From assembly GCA_937936275.1 (NCBI GenBank), contig CALHCJ010000014.1, positions 1-62,295 on the forward strand: a stretch of DNA of 62,295 nt. Direction: 5' to 3'. A program made the position numbers and the translations under genes. The notes under the pieces were generated by a model, which was given only the letters and a program-made list of their open reading frames with translations, was not told the origin of the DNA and searched no databases. Shown one piece after another: positions 51,059 through 60,310 of this stretch; the first letter of the stretch is position 1, and every line of letters starts with the position of its first letter. The stretch is from an uncultured Flavobacteriaceae bacterium. Lineage in GTDB: Bacteria; Bacteroidota; Bacteroidia; Flavobacteriales; Flavobacteriaceae.

Positions 51059-52231
51059 ATGAACTTATTTGATGTATATCCGCTTTACGATGTGACTCCA
51101 GTTTCTGCTAAAGGGATTGTTGTAACAGATAACAAAGGTCAAGAATATCTTGACTTTTACGGAGGTCATGCAGTAATCTCCATCGGACACTCACATCCAC
51201 ATTATGTAAAGCGACTTAAAGACCAGTTGAATAAAATTGGATTCTACAGTAATGCAGTTCAGAATCCGCTACAAGTAGAATTAGCAACCAAATTAGGACA
51301 ACTTTCAGACTGTGAGGATTACAATTTGTTCTTATGCAATTCAGGAGCTGAAGCCAATGAAAATGCGCTAAAAATGGCATCTTTTCATACTGGTAAAACC
51401 CGAATAATTGCCTTTAAAAACGGATTTCATGGTAGAACTTCCGCCGCCGTTGCAGCTACCGATAATGAAAAGATCAACGCCCCCTTAAACAAACAGCAAA
51501 AAGTTACTATTTTACCTTTGAACGCCATTGATCTTTTTGAAAAGGAAATAGCAAAAGAAGATGTCTGTGGTGTTATCTTAGAAGCAATTCAAGGTGTCGG
51601 AGGATTAGATGAACCAACTAGCGAATTCTATCAACAGATAGAAGTACTATGTAAAAAGCACAAGGTGGTCTTAATTGCAGATGAAGTACAATCAGGTTTT
51701 GGAAGAAGTGGTAAATTTTTTGGATTCCAACATCACATTTCGACTACGCTCAATGCAAGCTCGGATACTGAGCGGAGCCGAAGTATACGACCTGATATTA
51801 TTAGCGTAGCAAAAGGAATGGGCAATGGCTTCCCAGTTGGGGGAATTCTGATTCATAAAGACATTAAAGCATCTTACGGACTTTTAGGAACCACCTTTGG
51901 TGGCAATCATCTAGCTTGCACTGCGACAACTGCCGTACTTGAGGTTTTAGAAAAAGAGGACCTCATTAAGAACGCGTCGCAGTTAGGTATTTATTTTACT
52001 AAAAAGGCGGGCGAAATTTCACAGGTAAAAAGAGTAAAAGGTAGAGGTTTGATGCTAGGATTAGAATTTGATTTTGAAGTCGCCGAATTACGTAAAAGAC
52101 TTATATACGATCAACATATTTTTACCGGTGGTGCAAAAGATAAGCATGTGCTTCGATTTTTACCAGCCCTTAACATTACTAAAGAAGATATTGATCTTTT
52201 TTTTAACGCCCTTAAAGCTGAATTAAAGTGA
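51059..52231 (+). CDS. argD: Acylornithine aminotransferase (class III PLP)
   Basis: NSGAEANE, FHGRT, DEVQSGFGR, AKG.GNGFP, GTTFGGN. Confidence 0.93.
   Translation: MNLFDVYPLYDVTPVSAKGIVVTDNKGQEYLDFYGGHAVISIGHSHPHYVKRLKDQLNKIGFYSNAVQNPLQVELATKLGQLSDCEDYNLFLCNSGAEANENALKMASFHTGKTRIIAFKNGFHGRTSAAVAATDNEKINAPLNKQQKVTILPLNAIDLFEKEIAKEDVCGVILEAIQGVGGLDEPTSEFYQQIEVLCKKHKVVLIADEVQSGFGRSGKFFGFQHHISTTLNASSDTERSRSIRPDIISVAKGMGNGFPVGGILIHKDIKASYGLLGTTFGGNHLACTATTAVLEVLEKEDLIKNASQLGIYFTKKAGEISQVKRVKGRGLMLGLEFDFEVAELRKRLIYDQHIFTGGAKDKHVLRFLPALNITKEDIDLFFNALKAELK
51737..51784. repeat. Palindromic REP-like element inserted in frame in argD
   Basis: ttcgactacgctca (51739-51752) pairs 12/14 with tgagcggagccgaa (51769-51782). 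Confidence 0.7.
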
Positions 52232-53424
52232 GTAAGCAACTTGATATAACACAACGAAATGCAGTATTGACTGCAATGGCTAAACATGTGAGAGAAAGTC
52301 AAGCAGCAATTCTTGCTGCCAATCGAACGGATTTGGACAGCTATTCAGGAGATGACATTTCAATGCGAGATAGACTAAAAGTGGATCAAAGCAAAATTGA
52401 TGACATGGTTTTATCTCTAGTACAATTATCCTCTGAACCAGACCCTTTAGGTATTGAACGTTTTGGAACTACCCATGAAAATGGAATGCAAATTAGTAAT
52501 AAAACAGCTCCATTTGGCACCATTCTTATTATCTACGAATCTAGACCTGATGTAACTATCGAGGCTGCTGGCATCGCTTTCAAATCTGGCAATAAAATTT
52601 TATTGAAGGGTGGAAAAGAATCCCTAAATAGTAATCTGGTTTTGGTCGAGCTATGGCATCAAGCCCTAAGAGAAAATAATTGTGATACGAACTGGATAAA
52701 TTACCTTCAGTTTGATAGAAACGAAACACAACGTTTTCTTGAAAAACCAACACAAAAAATAGATTTGATTGTTCCAAGAGGCGGTGAACAATTAATTGCT
52801 TTTGTTAAACAACATGCCACCTGTCCTGTAATTGTAAGCGGTCGCGGAAATAACTTTATTTATATAGACTCAGAAGCAGATTTGCAAATGGCTTTGGATA
52901 TTATTATAAATGCAAAGACCACAAAAATATCTGCTTGTAATGCCTTAGATAAAGTTTTGGTAGCTTCAGATTTAGTTCGTAAACATCAATTCTTAAAACA
53001 CCTCATTCAAGAATTACAAAAGAGTAAGGTAGAGATTCTTGCAGATGATGCACTGTCAAGCCTAGAAGGAACACTTCCTATTACTAATGAAAGTATTTGG
53101 TATGAAGAATTTCTTGACTATAAAATTGCTATAGGCCAAGCGGCCGATCTTCAAGATGCCATTGCTAAAATCAATAGGTATGGCGGTGGCCATTCTGCAT
53201 CGATAATATCAGCGAATACAGATACCGCTAACGTGTTTATGAATTCTGTAGATTCAGCGGCGGTATATCACAACGCATCTACACGTTTTACCGATGGCGG
53301 TCAATTCGGATTGGGAGGTGAATTAGCAATAAGCACAGATAAATTACACCAAAGAGGACCTATAGGTTTACAACATTTGGTCACCAATAAATGGTTCATT
53401 AAAGGAAACGGTCAATTGAGATAA
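52228..53424 (+). CDS. proA: Gamma-glutamyl phosphate reductase
   Basis: IYESRP, VPRGG, CNALD, NASTRFTDG, ISTDKLH.RGP. Confidence 0.95.
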   Translation: MSKQLDITQRNAVLTAMAKHVRESQAAILAANRTDLDSYSGDDISMRDRLKVDQSKIDDMVLSLVQLSSEPDPLGIERFGTTHENGMQISNKTAPFGTILIIYESRPDVTIEAAGIAFKSGNKILLKGGKESLNSNLVLVELWHQALRENNCDTNWINYLQFDRNETQRFLEKPTQKIDLIVPRGGEQLIAFVKQHATCPVIVSGRGNNFIYIDSEADLQMALDIIINAKTTKISACNALDKVLVASDLVRKHQFLKHLIQELQKSKVEILADDALSSLEGTLPITNESIWYEEFLDYKIAIGQAADLQDAIAKINRYGGGHSASIISANTDTANVFMNSVDSAAVYHNASTRFTDGGQFGLGGELAISTDKLHQRGPIGLQHLVTNKWFIKGNGQLR

Positions 53425-53426
53425 TT

Positions 53427-54194
53427 ATGGCTAAAAAAAGAATCTTATTGAAAATTGGTTCCAATACCTTAACTAAAGAAACAGACCAAATCTCCCGAGG
53501 AAAAATTGAAGATATTGGGCGACAAATAGCTAGACTAAAAGATGATTATGAATTTATAATTGTGAGTTCAGGGGCAATTGCTGCCGCTAAGCAATTTGTA
53601 AAATTGGAACATAACGGAGAAGAAATCAATGTTAAACAAGCCTTAGCTGCCATTGGACAACCACATCTAATGCGAATATTTCAAGAAAATTTTAGAGAGT
53701 TAGGTTTGTTCACGGCACAGTGTTTATTGTCTTATTCCGACTTTGAAAAGTCGGAATCTAAAGAAAATATTAGGAATACAATTAATATTTTAGTTACTAA
53801 CAATTTTATACCTATTATCAATGAAAATGATACCGTTTCTACAGATGAAATTCAGTTCGGTGACAATGATAAACTAGCTGCTTTAACCGGCGCGTTATTG
53901 CAAGTAGATCTACTTTTAATTGCAACCAATACTGACGGTATTTATACAAAAACGTCTATAGAAAATGAGAATTTAGTAACCATTGCACATGTTTCGGACA
54001 TCAATAATTTGAAGAAAGAAATAAGTCTTGAGAAATCATCTCACGGTACAGGAGGTATGCAATCGAAAATCGAAGCAGCCACCATTGCTCAAAACGCAGC
54101 TATAGAAACCTGGATTGTAAATGGCTTAAAAGATAATTTTATTATTGAGGCTCTTAGCGGCATATCTAATCATACCAAAATTAGCGTACCATGA
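53427..54194 (+). CDS. proB: Glutamate 5-kinase (no PUA domain)
   Basis: KIGS, VSSGA, INENDTV, FGDND, GTGGM.SK. Confidence 0.95.
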   Translation: MAKKRILLKIGSNTLTKETDQISRGKIEDIGRQIARLKDDYEFIIVSSGAIAAAKQFVKLEHNGEEINVKQALAAIGQPHLMRIFQENFRELGLFTAQCLLSYSDFEKSESKENIRNTINILVTNNFIPIINENDTVSTDEIQFGDNDKLAALTGALLQVDLLLIATNTDGIYTKTSIENENLVTIAHVSDINNLKKEISLEKSSHGTGGMQSKIEAATIAQNAAIETWIVNGLKDNFIIEALSGISNHTKISVP

Positions 54195-55129
54195 ATTACC
54201 TATCGATAAAAGACATTGACTCTCTCAAGGATTGGGTGTCTGAAGCGAAAAAATTAAAAGAAAATCCTAGAGAATATACATCGCTAGGTCAGGGTAAAAC
54301 CATTTGTTTACTATTTTTTAATAATAGTTTAAGAACGCGACTCAGCACCCAAAAAGCTGCAATGAACCTAGGTATGGAAGTCATGGTAATGAACTTCGGT
54401 AGTGAAGGTTGGCAGCTAGAATTCGGGGATGGAGTTATTATGAATGAAGGAAAATCAGAACACATCAAAGAGGCAGCAAAAGTAGTTTCTCAATTCTGTG
54501 ATATTGTAGCCATTCGTGCCTTTGCCGGTCTCAGGGATAAAGAAGCAGACGAAGCCGAAGTAGTTTTAAATGGATTTGTTGAATATGCATCGATTCCCAT
54601 TGTGAATATGGAAAGTTCGGTTGGTCACCCGCTACAAGCACTTGCTGACGCGATTACTCTAGACGAGCAGCATACTAAAGAAAGACCCAAAGTGGTACTC
54701 TCTTGGGCGCCACATCCAAGGGCCTTGCCACATGCTGTCGCTAATTCATTCGTTGAAATGATACATTTGCAAGATGCTGATGTTGTAATTACGCATCCTG
54801 AAGGTTATGAGTTAGATGCGGCAATTACTAAAAATATTCACATCGAATACGACCAGATAAAAGCATGTGAAAATGCTGATTTCGTATATGTGAAAAACTG
54901 GAGCAGTTATAAGGAGTACGGTAAAATTTTATCTCAAGATACCAATTGGATGATGACTCAAGAAAAGCTTGGAAACGCAAAATTCATGCATTGTTTACCC
55001 GTTCGGCGAAATGTAGTGGTTGAAGATGCGGTTCTTGACGGAAATCAATCCTTAGTAATTGAGCAAGCAAATAATCGCACTTACGCCGCACAGGTTGTTT
55101 TGAAAAAGATACTAAATGAAATAAACTAA
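54191..55129 (+). CDS. argF: N-acyl (succinyl/acetyl)-ornithine carbamoyltransferase, ArgF'-type
   Basis: SLRTR, HPLQ, WAPHP..LP.AV, KNW, HCLPVRR. Confidence 0.9.
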   Translation: MNYLSIKDIDSLKDWVSEAKKLKENPREYTSLGQGKTICLLFFNNSLRTRLSTQKAAMNLGMEVMVMNFGSEGWQLEFGDGVIMNEGKSEHIKEAAKVVSQFCDIVAIRAFAGLRDKEADEAEVVLNGFVEYASIPIVNMESSVGHPLQALADAITLDEQHTKERPKVVLSWAPHPRALPHAVANSFVEMIHLQDADVVITHPEGYELDAAITKNIHIEYDQIKACENADFVYVKNWSSYKEYGKILSQDTNWMMTQEKLGNAKFMHCLPVRRNVVVEDAVLDGNQSLVIEQANNRTYAAQVVLKKILNEIN

Positions 55130-55139
55130 AAAGTCAAGG

Positions 55140-55318
55140 CTCCTCGCCTCAGAAGAGGGGAGATGGTTTTCACTTTATTGTAAAAATCGGAGGGGTTTGA
55201 AAACGCAAGCCTTGGCTATCAAAGCAAGAGCAAGGGAACAAAACCAATACTTGGGCTTTCAACCACCTCTTTCTCTGCCGGAAGGCGGATTCATTCCCTT
55301 TCTTGAAAAAGGAGGGGA
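55140..55318. repeat. Degenerate inverted-repeat element between argF' and argB
   Basis: gaggggtttgaaa / tttcaaccacctc inverted pair, purine/pyrimidine-block hairpins at both ends, ctgcc-ggaa-ggcgg mini hairpin. Confidence 0.55.
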
Positions 55319-55335
55319 TCTAAAAATTTAAAGTA

Positions 55336-56115
55336 GTGAAACAAAAATTATCTATAATAAAAATCGGAGGTAATATCATCGAAAATAAAGCAGAACTTTC
55401 TAAGTTTTTAGCTCTTTTCTCAAGTCTTGATGGATATCAGATACTCGTACACGGAGGCGGAAAATTAGCAACTCAATTGGCGACCAAACTTGGAATAGAA
55501 TCTGAAATAGTAGGTGGCAGAAGGATTACCGATGCCGAAACACTAGAGGTAATTACAATGGTATATGCAGGATTGATTAACAAAAATATTATCGCAGCAC
55601 TTCAAGCTAAGAATTGCAACGCCATCGGCTTAAGTGGTGCTGACGGTAATACTATTCAAGCGCATAAACGCCATGTAAAAGAAATCGACTATGGTTTTGC
55701 CGGAGATGTTGATGGTGTAAATAGCCAGATGATTTCAAAATTATTAGAAGCAAAGCTAACTCCGGTCTTCTGTGCAATAACGCATAATGGAAAAGGACAA
55801 CTATTAAACACAAATGCAGATACCATTGCCTCTGAGCTGGCTATTGGAATGAGCGAAATGTACGATACAACATTGTACTACTGTTTTGAAAAGAAAGGGG
55901 TGCTGATGAACATTAACGACGAAAATTCTGTTATACGAAATATTGATTCTCAAAAATATCAAGAGCTTCTCGATAATAGAATTATCGTAGATGGTATGCT
56001 TCCAAAACTAGAAAATTGTTTTCATGCGCTACATAAAAACGTAAGTAAAGTATGTATTGGTCATGCTGCGATGTTAGATACGGAAAATGAACTTTTTACG
56101 ACGATTACCTTATAA
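55336..56115 (+). CDS. argB: Acylglutamate kinase
   Basis: IKIGG, VHGGG, GRRIT, LLNTNAD, GMLPKL; GTG start. Confidence 0.95.
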   Translation: MKQKLSIIKIGGNIIENKAELSKFLALFSSLDGYQILVHGGGKLATQLATKLGIESEIVGGRRITDAETLEVITMVYAGLINKNIIAALQAKNCNAIGLSGADGNTIQAHKRHVKEIDYGFAGDVDGVNSQMISKLLEAKLTPVFCAITHNGKGQLLNTNADTIASELAIGMSEMYDTTLYYCFEKKGVLMNINDENSVIRNIDSQKYQELLDNRIIVDGMLPKLENCFHALHKNVSKVCIGHAAMLDTENELFTTITL

Positions 56116-56116
56116 A

Positions 56117-57208
56117 ATGACACAACAACAACTTACTAAAAAGGCGATAGATTTATTAAAACTATTGATTTCAATTCAATCTTTTTCTGGAGAAGAAGAT
56201 AAAACGGCTGATGTGATTGGAGAATGGTTTAAATCTTTTGACATTCCTTTTGAACGGATTTATAATAATGTGTTTGCCAAGAATAAATTTTGGGATGATT
56301 CTAAACCAACATTGCTGTTGAACTCGCATCATGACACCGTAAAACCAAATCAGGCGTATACGAAAGATCCTTTTCATCCGCATATTGAGGATGGAAAATT
56401 ATACGGATTGGGTAGTAACGATGCAGGCGGGTGTTTGGTTTCTTTACTAGCTACTTTCGTACATTTTTATGCATCCGAAGAACTAACTCATAATCTTTTG
56501 ATGGTCGCTTCTATGGAAGAAGAAAATGCTGGCGAAAATAGTTTGAGAGGTTTGCTTTCAAGTCTTCCCGAAATCGACTTGGCGATTGTCGGCGAACCTA
56601 CCTTGATGGATTTGGCAATTGCCGAAAAAGGACTGATCGTATTCGATGCTGTGGTTAAAGGTACTCCCTCGCATGCTGCGCATCATAATGACAATAACTC
56701 CATTTACAATACCATTGAGGTGCTTGATTGGTTTAAAAACTACAAATTCGAGAAAAGCTCTGAAGCCTTGGGAGATGTTAAAATGACGGTCACTCAAATC
56801 AATGCGGGAAGTCAACATAATGTGGTTCCTTCTCAAGTAGATTTGGTAATTGATGTACGGGTGAACGATGCTTATTCAAATCAAGAGATTGCTGACTTGT
56901 TAAAATCGAAAGCCCCCTGTGAAGTACAGGAACGTGGATTGAAATTAAATTCATCAAAAATTGATATTGATCATCCGCTTGTAAAATCAGGAATTGCTTT
57001 AGGTAGGCAGACCTACGGTTCTCCTACCCTATCTGACCAAGCGGCCTTGAGCTGCCAATCACTTAAATTAGGACCTGGAGATAGTACACGCTCTCATTCT
57101 GCAGATGAGTATATTTACCTGCGAGAAATTGAAGAAGGTATTGATTTATATATAAAAATATTGGAGGGGTTTCTGAAAAAAGAAATAAGAGAAAAAACAA
57201 AAGAATAA
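56117..57208 (+). CDS. argE: M20 deacylase, ArgE-like
   Basis: NSHHDTV, GLGSNDAG, EE, VGEPT, HSADE; located in the arg operon; ATG at 56117. Confidence 0.8.
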   Translation: MTQQQLTKKAIDLLKLLISIQSFSGEEDKTADVIGEWFKSFDIPFERIYNNVFAKNKFWDDSKPTLLLNSHHDTVKPNQAYTKDPFHPHIEDGKLYGLGSNDAGGCLVSLLATFVHFYASEELTHNLLMVASMEEENAGENSLRGLLSSLPEIDLAIVGEPTLMDLAIAEKGLIVFDAVVKGTPSHAAHHNDNNSIYNTIEVLDWFKNYKFEKSSEALGDVKMTVTQINAGSQHNVVPSQVDLVIDVRVNDAYSNQEIADLLKSKAPCEVQERGLKLNSSKIDIDHPLVKSGIALGRQTYGSPTLSDQAALSCQSLKLGPGDSTRSHSADEYIYLREIEEGIDLYIKILEGFLKKEIREKTKE

Positions 57209-57265
57209 AGACAATTACACAATAGTTATACTTTGTACTTATTACTACTTACTTAATACTATTAT

Positions 57266-58555
57266 ATGAAACTCTGGGATAAAGGATTCAATACAAATAA
57301 AAAAATAGACCACTTTACAGTAGGAAATGATAGAGTGTTAGATTTACACTTAGCCAAATACGACGTAATTGCATCTAAAGCGCATGCAAAGATGCTGGGT
57401 AAAATTGACCTGCTTTCTTCGGATGAAACCGATGCTTTGGTAAAAGAGCTTGATGAAATAGGAAAGTCGATTGAAGAAGGAAATTTTACCATTGAAGAAT
57501 CTTTTGAGGATATGCATTCGAAAATCGAATTTCTTCTCACAGAAAAATTGGGAGATACTGGCAAGAAAATCCACACGGCACGATCTAGAAACGATCAGGT
57601 TCTAGTAGCTATGCATCTGTATTTAAAAGAGGAACTCTCAGAAATAAAATTACAAACCAAAACCTTATTCAATTTATTATTGAATTTAGCAGATAAATAT
57701 AAAAGGGTACTACTACCAGGGTATACCCACCTTCAAATAGCCATGCCTTCCTCATTTGGGTTATGGTTTTCAGCATATGCTGAAAGTTTAATTGATGACT
57801 TGTATTTCATTGATGCCGCCTATAAAGTGGCTGATCAAAACCCTTTAGGTAGTGCCGCAGGATACGGTAGTTCTTTTCCTATCGATCGAACGTTTACAAC
57901 AGAAGAAATGGGCTTTGAAACCATGAAGTACAATGTAGTAGCCGCGCAAATGGGACGTGGCAAAGTCGAAAAAGCAACTGCTTTTGGCATGGCCAATATC
58001 GCAGCTACGCTTTCTAAGCTGGCCATGGATATCTGTTTGTATATGAGTCAAAATTTTGATTTTATCTCTTTTCCAGATGAATTAACAACTGGTTCTAGTA
58101 TTATGCCACATAAAAAGAATCCTGATGTTTTTGAACTCGTGCGAGGAAAATGTAATAAACTACAATCGATTCCGAATCAATTGACTTTAGTTATAAATAA
58201 TCTTCCTAGCGGTTACCATCGAGATTTACAATTAGTGAAGGAGATAATTGTACCAGCAATTCAAGAGATGAAAGCATGTCTCGACATACTGACTTTTAGT
58301 CTGAGTGAAATTCGTATTAAAGAGAATATTATTGAAGACTCCAAATATGATTACTTATTTAGTGTAGACACTTTGAACGAACTTGTTCAAAATGGTATGC
58401 CTTTTAGAGACGCTTACAAAAAAATGGGACAGGAAATCAAAAATGGGACCTTTGAACCCAAACGTGATATCAAACACTCTCACGAAGGAAGTTTGGGTAA
58501 TTTATGTTTGAATGAAATACGAGACAAGATGACAAAAATCGATTCAGACTTTTAG
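57266..58555 (+). CDS. argH: Argininosuccinate lyase
   Basis: HTARSRNDQ, PGYTHLQ, GSSIMPHKKNPD. Confidence 0.97.
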   Translation: MKLWDKGFNTNKKIDHFTVGNDRVLDLHLAKYDVIASKAHAKMLGKIDLLSSDETDALVKELDEIGKSIEEGNFTIEESFEDMHSKIEFLLTEKLGDTGKKIHTARSRNDQVLVAMHLYLKEELSEIKLQTKTLFNLLLNLADKYKRVLLPGYTHLQIAMPSSFGLWFSAYAESLIDDLYFIDAAYKVADQNPLGSAAGYGSSFPIDRTFTTEEMGFETMKYNVVAAQMGRGKVEKATAFGMANIAATLSKLAMDICLYMSQNFDFISFPDELTTGSSIMPHKKNPDVFELVRGKCNKLQSIPNQLTLVINNLPSGYHRDLQLVKEIIVPAIQEMKACLDILTFSLSEIRIKENIIEDSKYDYLFSVDTLNELVQNGMPFRDAYKKMGQEIKNGTFEPKRDIKHSHEGSLGNLCLNEIRDKMTKIDSDF

Positions 58556-58587
58556 GTTATATTCGTCTTGAAAAAGAACTGATTCTC

Positions 58588-60189
58588 ATGACAAAAATTA
58601 TCCTTTATCATTTTATTTTAGTTGTTTGTCTTTTATCTACGTACCATTCAAATGCCCAAGACACTTATCTACGAAATTCATCAGCCGATGTGCAAGGATA
58701 CATTTTCAATCTTAGTTTAAATGATTCGACGAATCGTATCGAGGGAGAAGCAGAAATCCTCATTAATTTTAATACCGAAGTAAACAAATTTTCGTTGGAC
58801 CTTATCGCAAAGTCTGAAACCTTTGGAATGGACATTACCGCAGTTCTTGAAGATAGTGTGAAAGCAGACTATGTTTATGAAAACAACAAAATAAAAATTA
58901 AGCCTTCCGCTAATGAAAAAAAGAATAGAATCTATAATATAAAGTACGAAGGCATTCCAGAACGTGGTTTGGTAATAGATACCACTAAATTTGGCCAACG
59001 CTCATTCTTCGGTGACAACTGGCCCAACCTCGCTAGACATTGGTTACCATCTGTTGATCACCCCTCTGACAAAGCAAGTATTGAATTTCATATTACAGCA
59101 CCTGAACACTACGATGTGGTTGCTACAGGAGAAAAAATAGAAGAAAGTAATTTAGATAATGGTTTTAAACTTACCATTTATAAAGAGCCAGCCCCCGTTG
59201 CCATGAAAGTTGTAACTATTGGTGTCACAAAGTTTGCTAGCAGATTATTAGAAGAGGTAGATAATATTCCTGTTTCCGCTTGGGTTTATCCCGAGAATCG
59301 TTTAGATGGTTTTTCAGACTACGGAGTATCGGTCAATGTTCTTAAATACTTCATTGATAATATAGGTCCGTATTCATATACCAAACTGGCCAACATGCAG
59401 GCGAAGACGCAATGGGGAGGATTAGAGAATGCCGGTACCATTGCGTATTTCGAAAATTCAGTCACTGGAAAAAATGAGGTGGAAGGTCTAATTGCTCACG
59501 AAATCGCTCACCAATGGTTTGGCAATTCTGCATCTGAAAATGATTGGAATCATGTTTGGCTCAGTGAAGGCTTCGCTACCTACTTCGCCATTTTATATCA
59601 AGAAAATGTTTATGGTGATGACAAACGTAAAGAAGAATTGATTCTCGATAGAAAACAGATTATTGATTATTATAAAAAGAATCCATCTTCTATAGTTGAT
59701 CCAACAATTAAAGACCCTATGAAAGTCTTAAGTACAAATACCTATCAAAAAGGAGGTTGGGTACTTAATATGTTGCGTCGCAAATTAGGGGATGAAACTT
59801 TCTGGAAAGGTATCAGAGCATATTATGCCAAGTATCGAAATTCAAATGCTATGACTATTGATTTTCAAAAGAGTATGGAAGAGGTGTCAGGTGAAAATCT
59901 AGATGAATTCTTCCAACAATGGATTTTCACAAAGGGCTATCCCGAAATCAAATGGAATTGGACGTACAAAAAAGGCAAGGTTATTATAAAACTTGATCAA
60001 CTACAGAGTCATCGCCTTTTTAGTTTTCCACTAGAAATCGCAATTCGTAACCAAGGAAAAGATACTGTAAAACCTCTTCAGATTGACAAGGCTAGCCATA
60101 CATTTAAAATTAAAGTTGACTCAAGACCCGATGAAGTAGTACTTGACCCACAGCTTTGGTTATTGTTTGAAGAAAAGAAATTCGAGTAA
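58588..60189 (+). CDS. M1 family zinc aminopeptidase, exported
   Basis: GGLEN, HEIAHQWFG, WLSEGFA, YQKG. Confidence 0.93.
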   Translation: MTKIILYHFILVVCLLSTYHSNAQDTYLRNSSADVQGYIFNLSLNDSTNRIEGEAEILINFNTEVNKFSLDLIAKSETFGMDITAVLEDSVKADYVYENNKIKIKPSANEKKNRIYNIKYEGIPERGLVIDTTKFGQRSFFGDNWPNLARHWLPSVDHPSDKASIEFHITAPEHYDVVATGEKIEESNLDNGFKLTIYKEPAPVAMKVVTIGVTKFASRLLEEVDNIPVSAWVYPENRLDGFSDYGVSVNVLKYFIDNIGPYSYTKLANMQAKTQWGGLENAGTIAYFENSVTGKNEVEGLIAHEIAHQWFGNSASENDWNHVWLSEGFATYFAILYQENVYGDDKRKEELILDRKQIIDYYKKNPSSIVDPTIKDPMKVLSTNTYQKGGWVLNMLRRKLGDETFWKGIRAYYAKYRNSNAMTIDFQKSMEEVSGENLDEFFQQWIFTKGYPEIKWNWTYKKGKVIIKLDQLQSHRLFSFPLEIAIRNQGKDTVKPLQIDKASHTFKIKVDSRPDEVVLDPQLWLLFEEKKFE

Positions 60190-60310
60190 GTCAACCCTAA
60201 TTTACAAATCAGATTTTCACGGTTTATAGGGAAATAGAATAACGAAGAACAATCGACCTTTGTATTGAAGCGATTGATTTTATATTTTTACTTAATTCCC
60301 GTCCGAAAAA

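Noticed and set aside
57229-57262. tactt-like short tandem repeats before argH
   Set aside because: Low-complexity, irregular and too short for CRISPR or a functional claim
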